This document shows positions 19,889 through 29,252 of a stretch of DNA of 64,000 nt, one piece after another. The notes below the pieces were generated by a model. That model saw only the letters and a list, made by a program, of their open reading frames with translations, ran no database searches and was not told where the DNA came from. Origin of the DNA: Dehalococcoidia bacterium (GTDB lineage Bacteria; Chloroflexota; Dehalococcoidia; Lucifugimonadales; UBA3495). The translations under genes and the position numbers were made by a program. The first letter of the stretch is position 1; every line of letters begins with the position of its first letter. The stretch is taken from assembly GCA_963663135.2 (NCBI GenBank), contig CAXXRM010000005.1, positions 99,304 to 163,303 on the forward strand, given 5' to 3'.

Positions 19889-19925
19889 GTGTTGGGGATG
19901 CCCGGAGCCCGGGCATCCCCAACAC
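19889..19925 (+). terminator. strong hairpin downstream of amt (no U-tract)
   Basis: Perfect 17-bp stem GTGTTGGGGATGCCCGG-agc-CCGGGCATCCCCAACAC, 66 nt after the amt stop. Confidence 0.45.
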
Positions 19926-20070
19926 GACGGGAGTCCATCCGGCAGGCTCCGGATTGACGGTTACTGTCCCGGCCGGCAGCAGCGAGAGGGGAACCGCCAA
20001 TGCTACCTTGGGCTGACCGTGAAATTACGCCGGTTCAGGAGTTTACCTAGCTTCGCGTCGAGGAGGAATC

Positions 20071-20481
20071 ATGTCCATTTTGATTCGTGCGGTTGCGGCT
20101 TACCTGGTGTTGGTTGCGGTATCGGTTGGGGTGCACTTCATAATTACGCCGTTGTACCACCCCGGCGGGGACGCGCCGTTCTTCGCTTGGGTGGTCCACA
20201 ACTGGTTCATGGCAGTGGGAATGGTGCTCGCGCTGGCTGGCAGCTACGCGGCGAAGCGGAGTGTCGATGCCGACGGTTCGGCGGACCTGAAGCGGTATTT
20301 GGAAGCCAACACCGTTTTCTACGCCGCGGCCGTAGTGTTCCTCCTGTTCTTCTGGAACTGGTTTAGCGCGCTGTCTCCAAACGATAGCGCCGACGGCCAA
20401 TTCTGGGTCGTAATCGATACGCTGATGCCCATCGTAATGGGTGGTACGGGGTGCCGAATGTGGCGGGACTCTGCCGGTTAG
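20071..20481 (+). CDS. hypothetical integral membrane protein (about 4 TM)
   Basis: GAGGAGG SD lies before the ATG. There are four hydrophobic segments and no family recognised. Confidence 0.6.
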   Translation: MSILIRAVAAYLVLVAVSVGVHFIITPLYHPGGDAPFFAWVVHNWFMAVGMVLALAGSYAAKRSVDADGSADLKRYLEANTVFYAAAVVFLLFFWNWFSALSPNDSADGQFWVVIDTLMPIVMGGTGCRMWRDSAG

Positions 20482-20777
20482 TCCTTGGGCCGCGTCGGGT
20501 TGGCCCACTCGGCAGGGTTTTTCCGCTCAGGGCAACGTGCCTGGCTCCCGCCCCGTCTTTCCCGCCGCGGGGAGGAATGCATGGGATTGGGAACGTGATT
20601 GTGCGGGCGTTGGGCCACCGTCCTGAAATGAGATCGCACCGTTATCGGCTGGCTCGCGTTGGCAACTCCCTTGTGTTTTAGCCTACAATGCTACGCTTGG
20701 TTCAGCGTGTGGCGAGTCCTGGACGGAAGCCGCGCACTGCTATGGCCGCAGGAATGTTTAGAGGATAGGGAGGAACG

Positions 20778-21923
20778 ATGTTAGCCGGTCTTATAGCCGG
20801 GTCGGTGGCCGCTTTAGTGGCATCCTTGGTGTCTCTGCCGCTGCGGTCTCCGCTGGACATTGTCTTTAACACTTTAACCGTCACGGTGGCGTCGCTGGTC
20901 GTCGGAATCGCATCCGGGTTGCTCTGGAGATTCCTGGCGGACAACCCCAGACGTCTACAATACTATGCCGGCGGCTTGGCTGGGGCGTTCGTGGTGGTGG
21001 CCGTCGTGGCAGTAGTTGGGAACATGTGGTTGGAGAGGTTTGCTCTCTTTACCATTCCACTGGCAGCCATTGTCTTCGCACTTTCCGGGATCCTGGCGCC
21101 GATGGTTGGCGGCATCTCCGGCGCCGCGGTGCGTGGGTTGGCCGTGGTGTTGCTGATTGCATCGGTTGGGCTGGGCATCGGCCTCGCGGGCCAGGGAGAC
21201 ACCGAAAGCGGTGAGCTATCGCTGCCTGAACGGGTCGAGGCTCCAATCCCAACTGCAACGGAGCCGCCGAGCCAGGAAACGACGTCGGCGGCGACCGTTG
21301 AGACCGCCCCCGAGGCAACTGCAAAGGCCGTCTCTACCAACACTCCAACGCCATCCACCCCAGCCGAGGCCACCGCTCCGGCGGAGACCCCAGGCGGCGC
21401 AGCAGATGGAACAAGCGGGTCATACATAGTGGGGGAAGGTTCGAAGATCACATTCGCAGTCGGTGAAGTGTTGAGCCGGTTCCCGACTCCGATAACGGCC
21501 GTGATGAGCACGTCCGAGCTTTCCGGCCAAATCAACCTCGATGGTCAACCGTCCATCGTGGAGGTCGATCTCCATTCTTTAGGCAGCGACCAGCAGTTCC
21601 GCGACCGGTACGTCCGGACCCGAATGTTCCCTGACCAACCCACGGCGTCATTTACAGTGGACAGCGTGACCGAACTGCCCGACGGGTTTTACAGCGGCGA
21701 TACCTTCCAACGCTCGGTCTCCGGGAACCTTAACCTGAACGGCGCAGATTTCCCGATATCCTTCGACTTGGAAATCCGCAACGACGGGAATGTCCTGAAC
21801 GTCTTGGGCCGGACCGTTTTCACCTGGCAGCAGCTTGGCATCCCGGTGCCCACCGCCAGGTCTGTGGTGTCCATTGAGGATGAAGTCCACGTGGAGATTT
21901 TGTTGGTTGCCAAGCCTGGCTAG
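20778..21923 (+). CDS. membrane-anchored YceI-like domain protein
   Basis: GGGAGG SD. N-terminal TM segments, an Ala/Thr/Pro-rich linker, then a C-terminal YceI-like barrel (SKITFAV...LSGQINLDG...VDLHSLGSDQQFRDRYVR...GNLNLNGADFPISFDL). Confidence 0.8.
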   Translation: MLAGLIAGSVAALVASLVSLPLRSPLDIVFNTLTVTVASLVVGIASGLLWRFLADNPRRLQYYAGGLAGAFVVVAVVAVVGNMWLERFALFTIPLAAIVFALSGILAPMVGGISGAAVRGLAVVLLIASVGLGIGLAGQGDTESGELSLPERVEAPIPTATEPPSQETTSAATVETAPEATAKAVSTNTPTPSTPAEATAPAETPGGAADGTSGSYIVGEGSKITFAVGEVLSRFPTPITAVMSTSELSGQINLDGQPSIVEVDLHSLGSDQQFRDRYVRTRMFPDQPTASFTVDSVTELPDGFYSGDTFQRSVSGNLNLNGADFPISFDLEIRNDGNVLNVLGRTVFTWQQLGIPVPTARSVVSIEDEVHVEILLVAKPG

Positions 21924-22163
21924 GAACAAATCAGACCCCCACCGCCGTGGTGGCGAGCGAATGCTCTCTTCTGCAGGGCAGCGACATAGCGCCTTGTCAC
22001 ATTTGTCTGCCCCAACCCCATTTGCCCGGTACCTAAAATAGAACGAGACACCGCGTGAACCGTCCAAATTTCGGGAAGTTGTAACAAAGATTTAACAAAC
22101 AAGAAAAGTGAATGTAACACCGCTGCCTAAAATAGAGTATGTAAGTAGTTTGTGGAGGCAACC

Positions 22164-22247
22164 ATGGAAGTCATCGTAGCGGCGGGCGTTTTCGTAGGAC
22201 TCTTCGGACTGTGGGTGGTGCTTCCCTCCAAATTGCTACGAAAGTAA
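22164..22247 (+). CDS. 27-aa hydrophobic micro-protein (hypothetical)
   Basis: GGAGG lies 6-7 nt before ATG 22164. Sequence is MEVIVAAGVFVGLFGLWVVLPSKLLRK, with TAA at 22245-22247, followed by hairpins and a T8 terminator. Confidence 0.4.
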   Translation: MEVIVAAGVFVGLFGLWVVLPSKLLRK

Positions 22248-22305
22248 ACCGGTTTTCCCGGTTACCAAGTAAACCCCAAACATTCTCCAACTGAATCACT
22301 TCACT

Positions 22306-22350
22306 GACCCACCTATGTTGCACCGCAACTAGAATGGGTCGGTTTTTTTT
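22306..22350 (+). terminator. intrinsic terminator
   Basis: GACCCA...TGGGTC outer stem encloses a GTTGC/GCAAC inner stem and is followed by T8 (22343-22350). Confidence 0.55.
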
Positions 22351-22951
22351 GCAACGGGCCAGGCATGGCCTTTCAACTGTCATCCCCCTCCCGCCATTCT
22401 TGTCGCAACGGGTATCCCGAGCTCTTTTGGTATGTGATGACGGTTGTCGTCTCGTAGAGATGTCAAGCGGGAGTAAGTTGCGTTCCTGATAAGAGTTTTT
22501 TGGATTCCCGCTGCGCTGAGAATTGCAGATGGCCTGGCCCAGGCCACGTATCAAAATGGCCTATTTTCATGACAATTGTGGGGGACAATTAAATGGCCTT
22601 GGGTCAACGAGAATAAAGCCTCCCATCACCCTCCCGATTTGATACAATCTTGGCTGGTTTAGCCCATAGGCTAACCAGGGCCGGGTCGCTCAACTCCCCC
22701 GCCGGAATTGATGCCGAAATCAGGTTTGCCCGTGCCGTAAACCAACCCGGGGCATTCGTTGTACAATTTAACCGGCGCCTGACGATCCCGGAATCGCGCA
22801 TCCAACATAGTCTGCCGAGTTCCGGCGCAGGTTAAGCCGTGCAAACCGGCTGAACCTAGGGAGCAGGCATCCGCGGTCCAACCACGGACATACGGCGGCC
22901 AGGAGGCCTCACCTCAGCCTCCTGTGCCGGGACCAAAACGAGGAGCCACAC

Positions 22952-23025
22952 GGGCCGTTAGCTCAGCTTGGTAGAGCACCGGACTTTTAATCCGGGTGTC
23001 GTGGGTTCGATCCCCACACGGCCCA
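22952..23025 (+). tRNA. tRNA-Lys (anticodon UUU)
   Basis: The cloverleaf can be read directly: acceptor GGGCCGT/ACGGCCC, D arm GCTC/GAGC, anticodon stem CCGGA/TCCGG with loop CTTTTAA, T arm GTGGG-TTCGATC-CCCAC, discriminator A. No CCA is encoded. Confidence 0.93.
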
Positions 23026-23357
23026 CTCGATTTTGTGCCGAGTACCAGGCATCTATGATTCGCCGGCACAAAGAGGTGTTATGGAATCTCTTAATCGTGT
23101 CACAAAAATTCTTCGCCACCGGAATTGCAACAATTTGGCAGACTTGTTGTCACGAGCATAGGTCGAATTCAACGAATCGAACACATACGGGAGTTATCTC
23201 CATTCTTGCTTGGCTCCCAACAGCGGAAATTTATGCGCCCATTTCCGGATATGATCGCTTGGACGCACTCTCATCAAAGGACAACAAACAGATGCTCGAC
23301 GCAACTCTTGAGATTTGGCCGCATCGACCGAATGATACGGAGATAACAGGTATCATA

Positions 23358-24790
23358 GTAACCGTTCAGAGTTAAGGAGAAGTGAGCAGTAGCTGGCAGG
23401 ACAGGAGGGGGTCCAGGCCCTGGGCGCGCCAGGTGCCGAAGAGGGAGGCGAGGGTCAACTTGGAGTCGGTGCCCTGGGCCGAGCGGGTGCCGCCGCTGAT
23501 TTTGCGGCTGACCACCAGGGGCCGCAGGCTCCGTTCCGCGGCATTGTTGTCCGATGGCACGGCGGGGTGGGCCACAAAGACGAACAGTTCCTTGATGAAC
23601 TTCTCGATTCGCTGGCACAGCTTACTCTGGACCGCCGCCTGGTCTTCCAGGAAAGGACGGCAGTGGGCCAGCAGTTTCCGCTCCAGTTGCTGTTGGACCC
23701 GCCGGCGTTGCCGGGCATCGGGATGGGTGAAGGCTTTCGCCCCAGTGTAGATTTGGTGGATTGCCCCAGCCCACTGGGCCAGTTTTTGGTCTTTGGGGTA
23801 GAGGGCCTTCAGGTCGCGGATGTCCCGCAGCAGATGGACCCAGCACCGCTGCTTCAAGCCCGGGTAATGATGGTAAGCGGCATAGAAGTCGCTGACCAAG
23901 ACCCCGCTGAAGGAATCGCCCAGCGCCTCGTCCACTACTTCCTTGTTCCGACCCCGACGCAGAAAGTACCGGTCGGTGGGGGTGCTGAAGGTCCAGACGT
24001 AGCCGTTGACCCCGTCCTGACGCCAGCCGGTTTCGTCGGCGTGCACCACTGGGCTGCCCCGGATTCGGTCCCGGATCTCCGCCAGCGCCGGTTGAGCCTT
24101 TTGGGCCACCTGGTGAATCGCCCGGACGATGGCGCCCAGGCTCAGGGGCAACCGATGGACGGTCTGCAGGTACCACTGGATGGTGCGCAACGGCAGCCGG
24201 CCCTCTTCCCGCAGGGCGGCAATCCGGCTGAGCAGGTTGACTCCCGACCGCTGCTTCCCCAGGACCACCCGGCCCAGGTCCACCTGGGGAGTCCGGCGCC
24301 GTTCACATACCGGACAGGTCCGGGCAATGAGGACGTGCTCGGTGACTTGAGCCGGAACCAGGGGGAGGTCAATGACTTCACGGGCCCGCTGTACGCACCC
24401 CCCGGCCTGGCCGGTACCGCATTGGGGACAGGATCCCAGGACATGCTCCACCCGGTGGATGGGGCCCATGCGCTGGCGGGCAAAGCCGTGGGGCCTGGGC
24501 TTCCTGGGACCTTTATCCCTGGCTGGACCCTGGCCGGACTTCGGCTTAATGCCGGGCATTCGGGGCGACCCACCAGGCTTGGCCTTTCCTTCCAGCAGGT
24601 CAAGCCTTCGCTGCAACTGGGCGATGACGGCCTGCTGCTGGGCGATGAGGGCCAGCAAGGTCTCCAGGCTGGGGGTGGTCAGGTCAAGACCGGTATCCAT
24701 ACCTCAGATTTAACATAACCGGAAAAACCGGCGCACTGTGTTTTTCCAACCACTTCTGGCCAATTCGCCCCACCAACTCTGAACAGTTAC
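23358..24790 (-). mobile_element. IS66-family element (single-ORF, ISBst12-like), complete
   Basis: 16-bp terminal IRs: GTAACCGTTCAGAGTT (23358-23373) and the reverse complement of AACTCTGAACAGTTAC (24775-24790), 15/16 identical. The 8-bp flanking duplication is GTATCATA (23350-23357) versus GGATCATA (24791-24798). Confidence 0.85.
23372..24700 (-). CDS. IS66-family transposase
   Basis: 442 aa. N-terminal leucine-zipper-like LIAQQQAVIAQLQRRLDLLE, a zinc-finger CPQCG...CPVC, and the DDE core ...VVHADETGW...VLVSDFYAAY...QRCWVHLLRD...NNAAERSLRP. Confidence 0.9.
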   Translation of the reverse strand: MDTGLDLTTPSLETLLALIAQQQAVIAQLQRRLDLLEGKAKPGGSPRMPGIKPKSGQGPARDKGPRKPRPHGFARQRMGPIHRVEHVLGSCPQCGTGQAGGCVQRAREVIDLPLVPAQVTEHVLIARTCPVCERRRTPQVDLGRVVLGKQRSGVNLLSRIAALREEGRLPLRTIQWYLQTVHRLPLSLGAIVRAIHQVAQKAQPALAEIRDRIRGSPVVHADETGWRQDGVNGYVWTFSTPTDRYFLRRGRNKEVVDEALGDSFSGVLVSDFYAAYHHYPGLKQRCWVHLLRDIRDLKALYPKDQKLAQWAGAIHQIYTGAKAFTHPDARQRRRVQQQLERKLLAHCRPFLEDQAAVQSKLCQRIEKFIKELFVFVAHPAVPSDNNAAERSLRPLVVSRKISGGTRSAQGTDSKLTLASLFGTWRAQGLDPLLSCQLLLTSP

Positions 24791-25617
24791 GGATCATATA
24801 CACACTTGACAAAGATTCGCTAGATGATGCTCCAGGCGATGCTAATCACATTTTGAGGCAATTGGAACGCATTCGGGACACTTTGATTACAGTTTCCACA
24901 GGTAGACCGAGAATCAATACGGTCAATGACGGATACAGGAAAGACTACTCACTGCTGTCAGAGCAATTGAATGCACGGGGTCTGCAGAACCCCATACCCT
25001 ACTCAGATCTGTGGGATTGTTACGGAAAATGGAGCAGTGGAGACCTTCCGACGTATCAATCGCGTCGAGAGTATATCCGTGGCCTCTTGGAACTGCTCGA
25101 GAGGCGTCTTAAAGTAGGCCCGTCATCCCGTGGAGCGGAGTTATTTCCGGTACCCACAGGGTGCCCGCTTGTTGATAGACAGTTAGGAGAGGCGCGGGAA
25201 CGATTGGAATCCGCATCTACCGAAGAACAATTCCAACTGTGGGATTCTTGTGTCGTGACACAATTGTTTGGCTCGCACACACGGTCTTCGACCCGGGTAG
25301 GCATCCAAAGACTGATGATATTGCAAAGATCAGCGAGACATACGCGAAGCGGATGCTCGATAGGTTGGCATTCGAACTAGGTGGTAGCTCAAACGCTAAC
25401 GCCCGCAAACTGGCAGAGGCTTCCCATGACCTGGCCAACGAGTTACAGCACCAGCGAACCGCTATATTTCGTGAAGCTGCGATCTGTGTGACCTGCCCCC
25501 GAAGGTTGTGCCACCTTGTATGTTAGTCCGACCGCACCGGGACAAGTTCCAGGGGCAATATAGGTTGTTGGTCTACGATTCGGTCCGTAGTTAACTGTTC
25601 AGCGAAAATGTCCATCC

Positions 25618-26393
25618 ATGAGGGATGTGACATTGAAACGGCGAGAATTAGCGAGACTCCACGTGCTCAATAACATCCTGGGATACCAGACCCCTATCGT
25701 CCAGGCCGCCGAGACTCTCAGTGTGAGTGAGCGCCATACTAGGAGGCTCCTGAATGCCTACCAAAAGGACGGAGCCGCCGCGTTGGCCCATGGCAACCGG
25801 GGCCGACGGCCCCACAACGCTATCCCGGAGTCCCAATCTGCAGAAGTGGTGCCACTGGCCAGCACTCACTACGCGGGAACAAACCATACTCACCTCACCG
25901 AACTGCTGCGAGAACAAGAAGGTATTGATCTGAGCCGTCCCACCGTGCGCCGCATCTTGCTCAGGGCTGGCATCGGCAGCCCGCGCAGCCGCCCTCAACA
26001 GCACAGGGTGCGCCGCCGGCGCATGCACCAGCAGGGGATGCTCTTGCAGATCGACGGCAGCCATCACCACTGGCTCGGGGAGAAAGGTCCCAGGTCTACG
26101 CTGCTGCTGACAGTGGACGATGCTACCGGTACCGTGCCCGACGTCCTGTTCTCCAAAGAGGAGGATACTCGGAGCTACCTCCTGCTCATGAGCGGCCTGA
26201 TCAGAGAACATGGAATACCCTTGGCCCTCTACAGCGACCGCCACTCAGTCTTCAAGTTCACCGGCGATCTCAGCCAGTACCCAGCGGGTTCCCACCCAGT
26301 TCGCCCGCGCCATGGAGGAGTTGGGAATTCAGCAGATCTTCGCCAGATCACCTCAGGCCAAGGGCCGGGTCGAACGCACCGCGGGCACCTTCC
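25618..26393 (+). pseudogene. ISNCY-type transposase, frameshifted and 3'-truncated
   Basis: The HTH N-terminus (RELARLHVLNNILGYQTPIVQAAETLSVSERHTRRLL) and rve-like core (MLLQIDGSHHHW...LLTVDDATG...ALYSDRHSVFKF) shift frame at about 26280-26300 to TQFARAMEELGIQQIFARSPQAKGRVERTAGTF. Homology then ends at about 26393. Confidence 0.75.
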
Positions 26394-26801
26394 GACCTCA
26401 TCAAACTCAATCGTCAGGTTGTTGTTGACGTCGTACTGCGGGGCGAGGGTGCCGGCAAAGGTTGCCGATGTTACCGTCAAGACAACCTCTACCCTCTGCG
26501 GCGAGCCTCGGAATCCCGTTCCGGAAATCTGCAACAGCGCCTGGCGCCGTCCCGCGGGCAACCTCGTTGCGTCAACCGCCACCGTCACCAACACCCTGTC
26601 AAGCGGTCCGGTGGAAGCTCCCGACGCGGGGGTTACCGACACCCACGGGACATTGCCGGACACATTGAAGGTCATGTATCTCGCTGCGGGACTCCACAAT
26701 TGGAGCGACCGGCCCGGCGGATTCTCTTCACCCAGGAATGCGGTGAATACGAGGTTGCGCGGTGAGATGCCGGCCAGCGGCAGGGTTGCCGGCACAAAAG
26801 C

Positions 26802-26843
<42 letters not shown>

Positions 26844-27617
26844 CCGGCGGCTGCTGGGTTGCGGCAGCGGCGTTGCCGGCGCCTGCGGCTCCACTACAGG
26901 TAGTGGCGGCGGAGGCGGTGGCAGTGGCGGCGGTGAGGTTTCCCTGGCGGTTGCGGTCGTCTCGTTGGACCATTCGGCGTCGCCGTCGGCGTTGACGGCG
27001 CGCAACTGGTAGGTGTAGGTCGTTCCAGCCGACACCTGGATGTCCCGGTACGTTGTAGCCGCGACGCCAGGTCTGGGAGTGACGAGGGCATAGCTCCCGC
27101 CGGCCTCCTTGCGTTCCAGCTCGTATCGGGTGATGGGGCTGCCATTATCTGAAGGCCTGGCCCACCACATCTCGATGAAAGCGATGCTGCTCCGGACGGG
27201 CGACAGGTTTCTCACCCTCTCGGGCGGGACAAAGAGTTCGGTGGACTCGGTGGCCGTGTCGTCCCCCGGATTGCGGTCGAGCTTGTTGCCAGTGGCTATG
27301 GAGGTTATGGCGATGTCCGCGGATGCCGCCGGCCCGACCCGCACCAGGATCTTGCCTGCCTCGCTTGCGCCCGCATCCATGGTATCGAACCTACAGGCGA
27401 CCACGCCGCCGGTCGCTCCTCCCCCGTGGGAGCACTTGCCTGCGGGAGTAGCGGACACGAAGCTCGCGCTGCGGTCGAGAGTGCTCCACACAACCGTGTT
27501 TGTCGATGCAGCCGGGCCGGAGTTCATGACTGTGTAGTCGTAGGTCAACTCCTCGCCCCGGGAGACACGGGAGGGCGAGCCGGATACCGTTGTGCTCAAG
27601 TCCACGGTAGATGATAT

Positions 27618-29252
27618 GTCGTCGGTGATGGTCACCGTCGCCGCGTCCCTTCCACCAAGCAGGTGCGGCAGACCGGGGTCGGCGTAGTCCAGGGTCACAG
27701 TGAAGGTCTCGTTAGGTTCCTGGACGGTGTCGTGAGTGACGAATACCGTGAAGGTCTTCACCGCGCGGTAACGCCGCTGGCCGCTGCCCGTCGCCAGGCT
27801 GAAATCACTCCGGCTGAAAGTCGCCGTGTCGGACAACCGCTGGTAGTCGGCGGGCTGGATTGCGCTGCCGTCTGCGGTGGCGACGGTTACGTCGAAAGAG
27901 AAGCCGCTCTCCGGCATCTTGTCCTTGGTGGTGACGGCGACGGCGCGCAGGGAGACGGGGCGAGTGCTCCCAGGGCTTGTGGCTTCTTCGGCCGTCGCCG
28001 CCGTCTGCTCCCAACTCAGGACCACGGGCACGTGGTCGTTGTCGACAATGGTCACAGTCACAGTGTCGGGACCTCCCTGTAGATGGGGAAGGCTTGGGTC
28101 GGAGTAGTTCAGGATTACCGTGAAGTTCTCCTCCGGCTCGTCTTCGGTGTCATGGATGATGGAGACGCCGATGTTACGGGTTGCCTGGTAGTGGAATTGG
28201 CCCCGAAAATCTTTGCGCGTGAAATCGCCCTGGCCGAAGCTGAAGCTGCTGTTCACCCTCTGATAGTCCGAGCCTTCGGTGGCGGTGTCGCTGGCCGTCG
28301 TCACGGACAGGGGCACGGTGAAACCGCTCTCGGGCATTCTGTCCGAAATGGTGGTGGCCCGGGCCTGCAGGGTGACCGTCGTCGCATACTCGTTGAATTT
28401 CGCGGACGACTGGTACAAGTACATCGTGACGGGTACGAATTCGTTGTCGGTGATCTTTACGCTCATAATGGCTGGTCCGCCTTGCAGGTGAGGCGGGCCG
28501 GGGTTCGCGTACTCAATGGTTACCGTGAACCCCTCCTCGGCTTCGTCGGATGCGTCATCCACAATGGTCACCAGCACTTGCTTTGCGGCGCGATAGCGGC
28601 GTTCGCCGTTGACGGTTACCCGGCTGAAGTCGTTGCGGCTGAAAACGACGGTATCGTTCAGCTGAGTATAGTCGCCGGGCTGGCCCGCGCTGCCGTTAGA
28701 CGTATGGATGGAGGCGTCGAAGGAGAACTCGTCTTCAGGCCGCTTGTCCACAGTGGTGACGGCGTAGGCGCGCAGCGTGACGCTTCCGGCGTTCTCACCG
28801 ACCGTTATTTCCGGCTGTTCCCAGCTGATGGTCACCGGAACGTGTTCGTTGTCCCTGATTTTGATTACTGCCGTGGAGGGGCCTCCTTTGAGATGCGTAA
28901 GGCCGGGAGTCAGGTAGGCCAGGGTCACGTTGAGGGTTTCATCTGATTCATCGACTGTGTCGTCTATGATGGCTACGGTGAAATCCCTGGTTGCGCGGTA
29001 TCGCTGCCGGCCGTTCACGTCGGTCTGGCTGAAGTCGCTCGCGACAAATTTCGCGGGCGAAGGCGGAGCCGTGTAGTCGTCGCCCGGGGTCGTGCCTCTA
29101 TCGGTGGTGGTCAGAGTCACATCGAAGGTGAAGTCATCCTGCGGCGCCGTGTCAAGTGTCGTTGTGAAGACTGCTGTCAAAACGACGCTCCCTGCGTCCT
29201 CCGCCACCTCAAAAGAAGTCTCATTCCATTGCAGGGTTATAGGTATATCATC
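27618..29252 (-). repeat. four tandem 405-bp coding repeats (Calx-beta-like modules)
   Basis: Repeat boundaries are at DIPITLQWNE, HVPVTISWEQ, FVPVTMYLYQ and HVPVVLSWEQ (aa 354, 489, 624 and 759 of ORF 26229..30308). Each unit contains ...GDYT/DYQR...F...RYRA...V.I.DD...E..E.F.V.L. Confidence 0.75.

Larger units (their letters stand above)
23075..25526 (+). pseudogene. degraded gene of unknown function (Abi-like resemblance unconfirmed), interrupted by the IS66-type element
   Basis: This is a lower-GC stretch. Frame 3 (...AEIYAPISGYDRLDALSSKDNKQMLDATLEIWPHRPNDTEITGII) stops at the IS. It resumes in phase after the duplicated 8-mer (YTLDKDSLDDAPGDANHILRQLERIRD...YSDLWDCYGKWSSGDLPTYQSRREYIRGLL...). 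There is an extra in-frame TAG and frameshift near 23150-23210, and another frameshift near 25240. Confidence 0.5.

Noticed and set aside
22640-22951. Known structured RNA (RNase P RNA, tmRNA, SRP RNA, 6S, common riboswitches) upstream of tRNA-Lys
   Set aside because: I could not find the diagnostic conserved strings, such as GAGGAAAGTCCGG for RNase P, the SRP domain IV GGAAG/AGCAG loop, or a tmRNA tag reading frame with a tRNA-like 3' end. It is kept only as an unexplained structured stretch.
25588-25608. TAACTGTTCAG just upstream of the ISNCY transposase gene matches 11 nt of the IS66 terminal repeat (GTAACTGTTCAGAGTT)
   Set aside because: The match does not extend beyond 11 nt and no partner repeat was found. 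It might be a solo-IR scar or the ISNCY end, but the evidence is too thin to call.
26229-26393. C-terminal 54 codons of ORF 26229..30308 (GRCPRCVRPGPWPEVIWRRSAEF...) as part of the protease
   Set aside because: This stretch is the reverse complement of the ISNCY transposase relic, Trp/Arg/Pro-rich and unlike the rest of the protein. It is read-through after a truncation point.
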